A DNA stretch of 32,000 nt from the NCBI RefSeq assembly GCF_000015145.1, contig NC_008818.1:1500001-1532000 (forward strand), written 5' to 3'. Source of the stretch: Hyperthermus butylicus DSM 5456 (lineage in GTDB: Archaea; Thermoproteota; Thermoprotei_A; Sulfolobales; Pyrodictiaceae). The position numbers were made by a program, and so were the translations under genes. This document shows positions 1 through 8,764 of this stretch, in pieces (positions within the stretch are counted from its first letter, which is position 1; each line of letters starts with the position of its first letter). The notes under the pieces were generated by a model. That model had not been told where the DNA came from and did no database searches. It saw only the letters and a program-made list of their open reading frames with translations.

Positions 1-646
1 TAGGCTTCACCTGCACCGCTATGCCGCCTGCTGCTAGACCCGCTAGGACTGCGGCAAAGACTGCTGGCTCGCTGAATACGGGGATCATCGTGGCAGTATA
101 GACTACTACTTCGAGTATGTGCCAGGGCCTTAGCCTTGACGGGGGACGTAGAAGGGGCCTAGGCGCCGAGGCAAGGTAGGAGATGGCGGCGGCAACGAGG
201 GCGGCGGCAAGGTAGGCTGAGCCCTCCGCGCCAGGGTGAGAGGCTAGTATCGCTGCGTAAGGCTGCACCATCGCCAGCGCATGTGCCGCGAGGGATGCGT
301 GTAGCGCTGCGAGCCCGGAGAAGGCTATGGCTAGGAGGAGGCTCTTCGGAGGCTTGTAGGGGGGCTGGAGTCCGGGCCCCGGAGCAGCTAACGTCAATAG
401 GGCTATGCCGGCGAGCGCCGCCACTGTCTCGGGCCTGGACTCCACGGCTGCCGCAGTCAGCGCTACCGACAGTGCTGTGAGCAGCGAGAGCCATAGCCTC
501 CCCACAGCTGCTGCCGCCGCTGCCACAGCCATGCCTGCTAGCAGCCAGGGCGCGGGGAGAACAGTGTAGGCTAGCACGAGAAGGGCTAGCGCAGCTGTGG
601 GGACGGCGAATCCATGGGCTATGCGGGCGATGCTATCAGCCTCCAA
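1..646 (-). CDS. integral membrane protein, partial (runs off the left edge); third gene of the MoxR-DUF58 operon
   Basis: This ORF is absent from the supplied track because it is truncated by the window edge. Hand translation of the minus strand, in the frame containing codon 598-596, is open from about 646 down to nt 1 (more than 190 codons). It contains helix-like hydrophobic stretches: LALLVLAYTVLPAPWLLAGMAVAAAAAAV, LLLAIAFSGLAALHASLAAHALAMV, AYLAAALVAAAISYLA and AVFAAVLAGLAAGGIAV. The start is uncertain (TTG 646, GTG 577 or ATG 532). No family was recognised, and long open frames can arise by chance in high-GC DNA. Confidence 0.4.
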   Translation of the reverse strand, partial: MEADSIARIAHGFAVPTAALALLVLAYTVLPAPWLLAGMAVAAAAAAVGRLWLSLLTALSVALTAAAVESRPETVAALAGIALLTLAAPGPGLQPPYKPPKSLLLAIAFSGLAALHASLAAHALAMVQPYAAILASHPGAEGSAYLAAALVAAAISYLASAPRPLLRPPSRLRPWHILEVVVYTATMIPVFSEPAVFAAVLAGLAAGGIAVQVKP

Positions 647-1893
647 GCCTCCCTCACGAACTGCCCGCCGGGGGCCAGGTATAGTCTTGCCCCTGCCCCG
701 CCAAGAACGCTGGAGGCCCTGCCTGCAAGCCTTACCGCAGCCGTGCGGGCCAGCCTGGAGGCCTCTGCGTCGCCCACCGGAAGAACCACTACGACCACCG
801 CGTTTAGCCCCGCGAGACACGAAGCCATCTCCTCGAGCCTGGGCTGGACCAGGGCGTGGGGTCCGGTGAGTACTAGGAGCAGCATGCCCCTGGGGAGCAG
901 GGTTCTAGCCTCCTTGACGGCTCCGCAGAGCCCCCAACCGCTATGGGTTAGGGTCTCGATGGGGTCTAGGCTTGAGAGCTGCGTGAGGAGCTGGTGGAGC
1001 CTCTCCCCAGCCCTGCCTGGCTGCACTGTTAGCCAGACATCGCCGCGGAGCAGCGTGTAGCCGAAGACGCCGCCTAGGCTGGCGATGCTGCGGGCGAGCG
1101 AGGCTGCAAGCCTTGCAATATGATCTCCCGGAGTGTCCCCGGGCTCTCCCGCCCAGCTGTAGCGGGAGAGGTCCACTAGCATGTGGAGCCTCGGCTGCAG
1201 CTCGGAGAGGTCCTCGCGGACCATTAGCCTCCCGACCCTCGCCGTGGCGGTCCACACGATTCTCCTCGGGTCGTCGCCTGGCTGGTACTCCCTCACCTCG
1301 TAGAACTCAAGGCCCACACCATGCACGAGCCTCCTATAGGCCTCGAGGAACCCGTGCACCGGGCTCGGGGCACACGGCTCGGAGAGGCTTGCCACTGGCA
1401 CCGTCTTGATGCTTGCTGGGGTCCTAACCGTGCGACGGTAGACAAAGAAGCCCAGTGGGTCCACGACATCCACGGTCAGCTCGCTGAAGATGTGTAGCCC
1501 TGGAAGGGGCTTCACAGTGTAGGTGTAGGCTGCAGATGCGCCTGGCAGCAGCGAGACACGAAATACTGGGCTCTCCTCAACCCTAACCCTTGCCGGGATA
1601 GCATCGGTCACCACCGCCTCGGCGCGGAGTCTCGACGCGTTGTGTACACGGATAGTCACCTTGACCGGTGCGCCCTCATAGGCTGTCTCTGGCTCCACAC
1701 TCCTCTCAAACATTAGGCCTAGCGCTGCCCTGGAGAGGGTGTAGGCGTAGCCGAGGCTCCAAGCTAGGATCCCCGAGAGGAGGACCGCAAGGCTGCCCGT
1801 TAGCCACGGGTAGACCCCGGCATAGCTGGCTATGAGGAGGGCTGTTATCGACGCGGCAGCCAGGAGCGCCTTTGGCGTCGGCTCTACGGGCAA
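619..1893 (-). CDS. DUF58 family protein (MoxR-associated), two N-terminal TM helices
   Basis: This 424-aa ORF starts 17 nt after the stop of the MoxR gene. It has N-terminal helices ALLAAASITALLIASYAGVYPWL and AVLLSGILAWSLGYAY. The DUF58-like core reads YQPGDDPRRIVWTATARVGRLMVRED. MoxR-DUF58 is a well-known conserved gene pair. Confidence 0.75.
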   Translation of the reverse strand: MPVEPTPKALLAAASITALLIASYAGVYPWLTGSLAVLLSGILAWSLGYAYTLSRAALGLMFERSVEPETAYEGAPVKVTIRVHNASRLRAEAVVTDAIPARVRVEESPVFRVSLLPGASAAYTYTVKPLPGLHIFSELTVDVVDPLGFFVYRRTVRTPASIKTVPVASLSEPCAPSPVHGFLEAYRRLVHGVGLEFYEVREYQPGDDPRRIVWTATARVGRLMVREDLSELQPRLHMLVDLSRYSWAGEPGDTPGDHIARLAASLARSIASLGGVFGYTLLRGDVWLTVQPGRAGERLHQLLTQLSSLDPIETLTHSGWGLCGAVKEARTLLPRGMLLLVLTGPHALVQPRLEEMASCLAGLNAVVVVVLPVGDAEASRLARTAAVRLAGRASSVLGGAGARLYLAPGGQFVREAWRLIASPA

Positions 1894-1910
1894 GAACCCT
1901 CTGGCCCTCC

Positions 1911-2858
1911 CTACGGGGGCTCCACACGCTCCAGCACCGAGTCTATGATGTCGTCCACAGTTACGCCTGCAAGGCGGGCCTCAGGCCGCAACACTATGCG
2001 GTGGAGTAGGGCTGGCCTAGCAGCACGCTTGACATGCTCCGGCGTTACGTGGTCGCGGCCCTCTATGAGTGCCAGAGCGCGGGACAGCTGCATCATCGCT
2101 ATAGCTGCTCTCGGGGAGCCGCCGAGGAGTACGTGGGGACTCCTACGGGTCTCCTCGACTATCGAGGCGATGTAGAGCTTCACATTGTAGTCAACGTAGA
2201 CGTTCCATACAGCCTTCCGCAGGAAGAGGAGATCGTCGCGGCTAGCGACGGGCCGTACGGGCCATTCCTCCTCTATGACGCGTACACGCTCCATTATCTC
2301 TACGAGCTCCTCCCTCGAAGGGTAGCCGACGGGTATCTTCGCGAGAAACCTGTCTACCTGCGCCTCGCTAAGCGGGTAGACACCCTCCGACTCGACAGGG
2401 TTCATTGTAGCTATGACGGTGAATGTGTCGGGTAGCCGGAACGTCTTACCCCACACAGTGACCTGGCGCTCCTGCATAGCTTCCAGCAGCGCGCTCTGCG
2501 TCTTGGGGCTCGCACGGTTAATCTCATCCACCAACACTATGTCGGCGAATATGGGTCCCCTGACAAACTCGAACCTCCCATCGCGGTAGACGAATGTGCC
2601 TATTATGTCTGAGGGTAGGAGGTCGGGGGTGCACTGAACCCTGCTGAACTCCACGTTGAAGGCTGAGGCCACGGCACGGGAGAGCAGTGTCTTGGCCACA
2701 CCCGGCACACCTTCGAGCAGCACGTGGCCCCCAGCAGCTATTGCCGCGACCATCAGGTCTACGACGTTGCGTTTCCCGACGACAGCCTTGCTAACCTCCT
2801 CCACGACACGCTGTATAATCATGCGCGCCCTATCGAGCACGACACTGGACTCACTCAC
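1911..2858 (-). CDS. MoxR-family AAA+ ATPase
   Basis: The ORF is 315 aa. Walker A is LLEGVPGVAKT. Walker B plus the MoxR signature reads IVLVDEINRASPKTQSALLEAMQERQVTV. Length and C-terminal lid region are typical of MoxR/RavA-like ATPases. Confidence 0.9.
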   Translation of the reverse strand: MSESSVVLDRARMIIQRVVEEVSKAVVGKRNVVDLMVAAIAAGGHVLLEGVPGVAKTLLSRAVASAFNVEFSRVQCTPDLLPSDIIGTFVYRDGRFEFVRGPIFADIVLVDEINRASPKTQSALLEAMQERQVTVWGKTFRLPDTFTVIATMNPVESEGVYPLSEAQVDRFLAKIPVGYPSREELVEIMERVRVIEEEWPVRPVASRDDLLFLRKAVWNVYVDYNVKLYIASIVEETRRSPHVLLGGSPRAAIAMMQLSRALALIEGRDHVTPEHVKRAARPALLHRIVLRPEARLAGVTVDDIIDSVLERVEPP

Positions 2859-2984
2859 AGCTCCATGCCCTCACAGGATCTGGCACAGTGCGGGGAGGAT
2901 ATACGCTTACCACAACACTAGATCCACGAGGCATGGGGTGTGAGGAGGCCTGCATCGGGGAACCCCGCGTGGGGATGCCCGGCT

Positions 2985-3917
2985 TCACCTGCGGCCGACC
3001 CCTAGCAGTTCTCCCAGCACCTCACGGTAGACCGGTAGCTGCCAGCAGTATCCTGCAGCGCACACCTTCCTGTCCTGGAGGGGCTTGGCTTCGCCGCTGT
3101 AGACAACGTCGTGGGCCTCGAGCAGTTCTAGGAGACGCGGAGACGCTGCATCAGGTCCCTCTTCCACAGCCCTAGCAAGCTCCTCTTGGAGTCCACGGGC
3201 CTCCAAAAGCCTTGCAACTCTCCGCAGCCTAGCCGCAATAGCGCCCCGCCAGAACTCAACATTCCACAGGTACCGATGTGCCAGCAGCACGAGCTCTCCA
3301 GGGTTGCCCTGAGTCAGCTCCCAGAAGCCGTGAGCGTTGAAGCCTTGAGGAGCCCCGAGTCTCCGGGCTAGCTCTGCATAGGATGTAGCGTCTATGCCCT
3401 CGACAAGCACGGGCTCAGCCACCCCACGTAGCATACGTGCGCCTAGAGCCCGGCCAGCCAAGAAGAAGGCTACAGAGACGGCACCACGGGCTACCAGGCG
3501 TTCAGCGAGCCCAGCTAAACCCTCTGCAAAGCCTCTGAGGCTCTCCCCGCCAAGCACACGGTCGACATGATCCACGACAACCACTATCCTGAGCCCCTGG
3601 GCTGGAAACCCACCAACAACCACGGGCAGTGCTAGAACCATGCCACGCCCCACTGGGACGTTAGGCGATACGGCTGCGCGGAATCTTGCAACCAGCAGGG
3701 GGGTCCCAGAAACAGCCAGGTCCTCCCTCTCACCCTCAAACCCATCCACATAGGCCACAGCATACCCCGAGACGTGCGCGAGGCTGCTGATAAACCAGCG
3801 GAGAAGACTCGACACGCCAACACCGCGGGGGCCATAAACGTAGTAGACCCCGCCACCGGCGGCAAGGCTGAGCAGCTCGCGCAGCTCGGCGGAGCGGCCC
3901 AGCATTCCGGCCTGCAC
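2985..3917 (-). CDS. Arch_ATPase (PF01637-like) NTPase homologue with degenerate Walker A and B motifs
   Basis: The ORF is 310 aa. Its layout matches archaeal ATPase family proteins: GRSAELRELLSL, then a P-loop position, then a C-terminal winged-helix-like tail (LLELLEAHDVVYSG...YCWQLPVYREVL). The P-loop reads GPRGVGVSSLL where the family normally has GxRRxGKT. The Walker B position reads VVVVDHVD rather than hhhhDE. Confidence 0.55.
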   Translation of the reverse strand: MQAGMLGRSAELRELLSLAAGGGVYYVYGPRGVGVSSLLRWFISSLAHVSGYAVAYVDGFEGEREDLAVSGTPLLVARFRAAVSPNVPVGRGMVLALPVVVGGFPAQGLRIVVVVDHVDRVLGGESLRGFAEGLAGLAERLVARGAVSVAFFLAGRALGARMLRGVAEPVLVEGIDATSYAELARRLGAPQGFNAHGFWELTQGNPGELVLLAHRYLWNVEFWRGAIAARLRRVARLLEARGLQEELARAVEEGPDAASPRLLELLEAHDVVYSGEAKPLQDRKVCAAGYCWQLPVYREVLGELLGVGRR

Positions 3918-3939
3918 GGCTACACTGGCCCCTACAGCG

Positions 3940-5407
3940 CTACGTGGGCAGTGCTAGGTCTACTAGTGGCCTGAGCTGGTTGTAGAGCTTTTCCAGCCGA
4001 TCCCTCGGGATGAAGGCTGAGGCTAGTTCTGCTGCCTCGCGCCGGGAGACTATGCGGAGCCGGCCATAGGCTATGTATGAAGCGGCAAATAGTATGAGTG
4101 CAGGGACAGCGGGGACCGAGGCGAGCCTCGCAGCTGCGGCCAGCAAGGCTGGCATAGCCACAGCTACCAGAAGCTTTCTGGGCTCAACCCTTAGCTCCAG
4201 CTGCCTAGCCACATACACCGCCGCTAGCCCCGTGTATGCTTCGAGAGTGTATGCTATAGCTGCTCCCAGGCCTCCATAGAGGCTTGCAAGTGGCGCGTAG
4301 AGGATTATCCTTGGCAGGTTCTGAGCAAACCCCATGCCTGCCACGGTATGGTACCGGTTTCCTGCATAAGCCAGGCTTGACACCGCAGTATAGAACACCA
4401 TTGCCGGCGCCGAGGCTGCCAGGATGCTTAATGCTGTAGAGGCTTCACGGTAGCTCTTCCCGAGCAGGCCCAGGACGAAGCCAGGATATGCTACTATGTA
4501 GGCTGAAACAGGCATAGACAGCGCGAGCGCTATGCGGAGCGACGCTGATGCCAGCTCGCCTCTACCATGCTCGACACCGCTTAGTACCGGGAGGAGCATC
4601 GAAGCAATACTCGTACCTATCGCTGCTGCAAACCCCGCTATCATCACAGCGATATAGTAGTGGCCCGTCTCCACGCTCGTCGAGGAACCGTAGACGGCTA
4701 GTACGCCGAGCCACTGACCGGCAAGAACCATTACGCCGGGGAGCCAGGAGGCCAGCCCTGCCGTAAGCACCTCCCTCAGCGCCACCGGGTCCACGGCAAG
4801 GCTTATACCAACCATCCTAGCCACGTAAGCCGCCGACACGATTAATATGACGAGGCTCATAGCGGCAAACCCAGCCACCGCGCCAGCCCACCCGAACCCT
4901 AGAACTACTAGGCCTACACCCACAGCTATGCGGGCAGCATTACCAGCAAGGAACGCTAAAAGCTGTAGATCGGTCCGTAGCAAAGCCACGAGCATTGATA
5001 CGAAGAGGTTTGTAGAGGAGAGCGCTACGAGCAGGCCAGCTGCAGCAAGCATTGCCGCGCTATAGCCTCCAAAGCCGCCGCAGCAAGCGGCATAGAGGAC
5101 TAGTATGGCGCCTAGGGAGGGATAGATCGCTGCCAACGGGATTACCGTGCTCCAGAAGTAGCGGGAAGCACAGCCGCGGAAACCGGCAGCCATCAACATA
5201 CCTCTGCAGGCCGGCACCAGCGCCGAAACTGAGTACGCCAGCTACCAGCATGGAGAAACCTACAACAGCTGAGGCTGTACCAACAGCACCGGGGTCAGCA
5301 ATTATGGATACGAGCAACCAGAAGATGAAGCCCGCAAAGCTGTTCACGAGACTAGCAGCGTAGAGGAATATCCCGCTGCGAAACACTGTTGCGAGCCCTT
5401 GCACCAT
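3940..5407 (-). pseudogene. polysaccharide/oligosaccharide flippase (MOP/Wzx-like), frame-disrupted
   Basis: Two overlapping minus-strand ORFs (5060-5407, 115 aa; 3940-5217, 425 aa) together give a polytopic membrane protein of about 480 aa. The N-terminus MVQGLATVFRSGIFLYAASLVNSFAGFIFWLLV and the overall TM pattern resemble Wzx/MOP flippases. The sensible reading frame switches somewhere between about 5165 and 5215. This could be a real frameshift or a sequencing indel. Confidence 0.6.
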
Positions 5408-5538
5408 TAGCCGACAGCCTCACCCTCCATAGCCAGCCTAAGAGGGCCATGCAGCCCCCCTTAAAAGAAGATAAAACTACGCCGCCATGGATGAGCCATG
5501 CGGAATATCCTAGACCGTAACTCTACATAGAGCATGGA

Positions 5539-6318
5539 CTACATACGTAGCAGCTCTGCGAGCAACGAAGCTGCCAGGACAGCAGTGAGTATGGCAGCTA
5601 TCCTCTCCGGCTTTGCCCGGTTAAGGAGCCTAGCCGCAACCGGCAACGAGGCTAGCACACCCAGCACTAGCATGGCTGTGTAAGCTGGCTCTGTATAACC
5701 AGCCAGGGTGTAGGGTGCTGCGACAGCCATGAATGCTGGCCGTTTCGCCGCTGGAACTAGTGCTATGGCGCTCCGCAAGTCGATGCCTGCAGCCAGCTGG
5801 GCTGCAACCATTATTATACATAGCCTCCACCCAAGATTGCCTTATCCACGCCAGCAAGAACCCCAAGAGCTGCAGCCATGGCTACTGCTTCTCTCCGACC
5901 CTGCAGGATTCGTACGGGCTGACTTGCCGTGGCGGGCTAGGAGCAAGAGTGGCGGTACGAGCGTGGCGAGGGCCAAGGCGTATGCCATGTGTGCTTCGCG
6001 GATGCTGAGCCGGACTGCCAGGGTTGATGCTGCTAGCGCCGCTGCCGTGGATGAGGCCGCCAGGACTACTATGACTCTCTTGGCATTGTCTATTGCTTCT
6101 GGTGCTATGTTGCCAGCCCGTCTATGCGCCATGAGCGCCGGGATTATCGTTAGGATCTGGACTGCTGCCGCTGCCGCCGCTACAGTACGTGGATCCCGGC
6201 CAAAGACTACGACCAGAATTAGGCTCGCAGCTAGCCCGAAGCCGAGCCCGAGCCCGTAGTCTGCCAGGCCTGCAGCAATGCCTGCCACCAGCCACACTGC
6301 AGCCTCGACAGCCTCCAC
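5539..6318 (-). pseudogene. TauE/SafE (DUF81)-type anion permease, two frameshifts
   Basis: The N-terminal ORF 5842-6318 (VAGIAAGLADYGLGLGFGLAASLILVVVFG) and the C-terminal ORF 5539-5811 are in the same frame, separated by TAA at 5842-5844. The expected second-half glycine motif (AMAAALGVLAGVDKAILGGGYV) is readable only in another frame, between about 5815 and 5930. Two opposite frame shifts are therefore needed to rebuild one protein of about 250 aa. Confidence 0.55.
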
Positions 6319-6330
6319 GACGTGTCAGCC

Positions 6331-6388
6331 CATTAATTACATATAATTAAAAAGCCGGGCCATACCTCCCCCTAATAATATTTAATTA
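6331..6388. promoter_or_regulatory. AT-rich divergent promoter region with TATA-like boxes
   Basis: The sequence cattaattacatataattaaaaag (6331-6354) lies 13-36 nt upstream of the minus-strand start at 6318. The sequence taataatatttaattaat (6373-6390) lies just upstream of the plus-strand RHH gene. This is the only strongly AT-rich stretch in an otherwise high-GC neighbourhood. Confidence 0.4.
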
Positions 6389-6670
6389 ATGCGCTCTTAC
6401 CAGCTCCTGCCCTCTAACCGGGGCCCAACCGGTATGACCGACCAGCCTCGAAGAACGAAGTACACCACTGTCTCGATACCCGTGACGCTCTACGAGAGGA
6501 TTAAGAGGCTGATAGAGGGAACAGGGTTCACCAGCGTCTCACAGTTCGTGACCTACGTGCTGCGAGAGGTCGTGGCTGAGATGGAGGAGGAGAAGCTCCG
6601 GAGCGAGGCTGTAAGCGAGGAGGAGAAGAAACGCATCATAGAGAAGCTCAAGGCCCTAGGTTACCTCTAG
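6389..6670 (+). CDS. ribbon-helix-helix (CopG/Arc-like) protein with conserved C-terminal LKxLGY(L/I) tail
   Basis: The RHH-like N-terminus is TKYTTVSIPVTLYERIKRLIEGTGFTSVSQFVTYVLREVV. An acidic linker follows, then the tail EEEKKRIIEKLKALGYL. A paralogue lies at 10237-10458. The real start may be ATG 6434 (MTDQPRR...), given the position of the TATA-like box. Confidence 0.6.
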   Translation: MRSYQLLPSNRGPTGMTDQPRRTKYTTVSIPVTLYERIKRLIEGTGFTSVSQFVTYVLREVVAEMEEEKLRSEAVSEEEKKRIIEKLKALGYL

Positions 6671-6690
6671 CCGGTGGAGGTGCATGAATA

Positions 6691-7860
6691 ATGGTCTCCC
6701 GTCCTCACGGCGGCAGGCTGGTCGACCGCACGGTCTCTGATAAGAGGAGGGAGAGGCTAAGGGAGGAGGCGAGAGAGCTACCCGCTATCCGGCTTACAGC
6801 CGGGCTAGCAGCTGATGTTGCCAATATAGCGCATGGCGTGTATAGCCCGCTGGAGGGCTTCATGCTGCAGGAGGACTACCTGTCAGTGCTGGACGAGATG
6901 AGGCTAAGCAATGACCTCCCCTGGACCATACCGATCATCCTCGATGTCGACCCAGGAGAGATAGCGGGGGTCAGGGAGGGCGACGATATAGCATTAGTGT
7001 ATAACGGCAAGCCGATAGCGTTGATGAGGGTTGAGGAGATATACGGGTGGGACCGGAAGGAGTATGCTGCCAAGGTGTTCAAGACCACTGACCCCGCACA
7101 CCCAGGCGTCGCAAAGACCATGAAGAGGAAGGAGCTCCTCATAGGCGGCCCGATAGACCTCATCGAGGACCCGCCAGAGCCGTTTGAGAGGTACCGGCTC
7201 TGGCCCAAGGAGACACGGGTTCTCTTCAAGGCACGGGGCTGGAAGACCATAGCAGCGTTCCAGACGCGTAACGTGCCACACCTAGGCCACGAGTACGTGC
7301 AGAAGGCAGCACTCACATTCACCGACGGCCTGTTCGTAAACCCCCTGGTGGGCTGGAAGAAGCCCGGCGACTACCGCGACGAGGTTATAGTCGAGGCTTA
7401 CCAGGCGCTGATAAAACACTACTTCCCCGTGGAGAGCGTGGTCTTCAGCGTCCTGAGGATGGAGATGCGCTACGCCGGGCCACGCGAAGCAATACACCAC
7501 GCCATCGTCAGGAAGAACTTTGGAGCAACACACTTCATAGTTGGAAGGGACCACGCAGGCGTGGGCAACTACTACGGGCCATACGAGGCCTGGGAGCTGT
7601 TCCGGGAGTTCCCCGACCTCGGAATAACGCCGCTCTTCGTCCGGGAGGCCTTCTACTGCCGGAAGTGCGGCCAGATGGTTAACGAGAAGATATGCCCTCA
7701 CCCCGAGGAGTACCGGGTGAGGATTAGCGGGACGAAGCTCCGGAGGATGCTGCTGGAGGGGCAGAGGCCGCCAGAGTACATGATGAGGCCCGAGGTTGTA
7801 GACGTTGTTCTAAAGCATCCCAACCCGTTCATAGAAGGGGACGAAGCATTCCAAGAATAA
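6691..7860 (+). CDS. sat: sulfate adenylyltransferase (ATP sulfurylase)
   Basis: The ORF is 389 aa. Signature motifs are FQTRNVPHLGHEY (QTRNP-H-x-x-H region) and GATHFIVGRDHAGVG. The Cys/His cluster CRKCGQMVNEKICPH matches the zinc-binding type that, as I recall, was described for the Thermus thermophilus enzyme. Confidence 0.92.
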   Translation: MVSRPHGGRLVDRTVSDKRRERLREEARELPAIRLTAGLAADVANIAHGVYSPLEGFMLQEDYLSVLDEMRLSNDLPWTIPIILDVDPGEIAGVREGDDIALVYNGKPIALMRVEEIYGWDRKEYAAKVFKTTDPAHPGVAKTMKRKELLIGGPIDLIEDPPEPFERYRLWPKETRVLFKARGWKTIAAFQTRNVPHLGHEYVQKAALTFTDGLFVNPLVGWKKPGDYRDEVIVEAYQALIKHYFPVESVVFSVLRMEMRYAGPREAIHHAIVRKNFGATHFIVGRDHAGVGNYYGPYEAWELFREFPDLGITPLFVREAFYCRKCGQMVNEKICPHPEEYRVRISGTKLRRMLLEGQRPPEYMMRPEVVDVVLKHPNPFIEGDEAFQE

Positions 7861-7912
7861 TCCTCCAGGATGAGGGCCCGCGACACCACGAGAGCCCTCA
7901 CCAAACCCCTAC

Positions 7913-8358
7913 CTACCCTGTTCCGAGGAGCTCCCGCGACGATATTGTTTCAATGCGCCGACCCAGCAGCTCCACCACGGTCTTCTCCATACTTCTCACA
8001 CGCTTCCTGAGCTCGCCATCATCGGTCACTAGTACAGCGTCAAGCATACCGGCAGCCACCACGTAGGATGCATCGTAGAACGTTATGCCGAGTTCGTATG
8101 CCACCCTAAGCGTCTCAAGGCTACTTGCCTTCACGAACCGCATGCGCTCAGAAACCCTTAAGACGGCTTGCAGAAGCTTTAGTGCATCCCCAGCACTTAT
8201 CCGTCTAGTAGCTTAGCCTCCTTCCAGACAGCATTGCCCACCTCGTATAGTGTTAGGTCGAGCAGATAACCTCCCTCAAGAACTGCCAGGGGGTCAACGC
8301 TGCCGCGGATAATGTTTAGCAGCGCCGAGGCGTCAAAGAGTAGCCTATCTCTCCTCAC
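7913..8358 (-). pseudogene. vapC: PIN-domain toxin VapC, frameshifted
   Basis: Hand translation gives an N-terminal fragment from GTG 8358 to TAA 8197-8199: MRRDRLLFDASALLNIIRGSVDPLAVLEGGYLLDLTLYEVGNAVWKEAKLLDG*. The rest is in another frame, open from 8212: RRISAGDALKLLQAVLRVSERMRFVKASSLETLRVAYELGITFYDASYVVAAGMLDAVLVTDDGELRK. The shift lies within 8197-8212. All four PIN acidic positions are retained (FDAS, YEVG, FYDAS, VTDD). The start overlaps the vapB stop. Confidence 0.7.
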
Positions 8359-8602
8359 GGCTCTCCCTCACAAGCCTCACAATCTCCTCGGGAGGTATCC
8401 CCTCCAGGATCCGCCTGGCCTCTCCCAACAGTCTGCGCAACTCGGCATCCTCTCTACGCTTAACCTCCTCCTCAAGCGCCTTGCGTACAACCTCGCTGAT
8501 GTTTATCCCGTATCTCTTAGCCTTCTCATAGAGCTCACGGCTAATCCGGGCTGAGACCACAACAGAACCCATCAGCAATCCCCAACCGTAATACATTCGC
8601 AC
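8345..8602 (-). CDS. vapB: VapB-type antitoxin (RHH/AbrB-like)
   Basis: The sequence VVVSARISRELYEKAKRYGINISEVVRKALEEEVKRRE is typical of small archaeal antitoxins. The gene lies immediately upstream of the PIN gene and overlaps it. The likely true start is ATG 8572 (MGSVVVSARIS). Confidence 0.65.
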   Translation of the reverse strand: MRMYYGWGLLMGSVVVSARISRELYEKAKRYGINISEVVRKALEEEVKRREDAELRRLLGEARRILEGIPPEEIVRLVRESREER

Positions 8603-8764
8603 GTAGCACGCTATAAGCAGTACAGACCGGCAGAGGGCAACGCAGCAAGAGAAGGGAGGCCCAAGCTTCCCTTCTCCTCCAGGTACGCGTAGAGCCGGTT
8701 ACTGCGACAGGCAATGCTATAATTGGCTTTGAGCCCTTCTGGCAGATGACGGGGGCGCTGAATT

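Noticed and set aside
159-1060. Several 65-148-aa ORFs on both strands (159-494, 283-480, 597-869, 614-1060)
   Set aside because: They are Arg/Pro/Ala-rich off-frame products overlapping either the DUF58 gene or the edge-truncated membrane-protein frame. None has any motif support.
5165-8212. Programmed ribosomal frameshifting as an explanation for the split flippase, TauE-like and vapC genes
   Set aside because: No slippery heptamer or downstream structure is evident at any of the three sites. The TauE-like gene needs two shifts plus bypass of a stop. Mutation or sequencing error is the simpler explanation.
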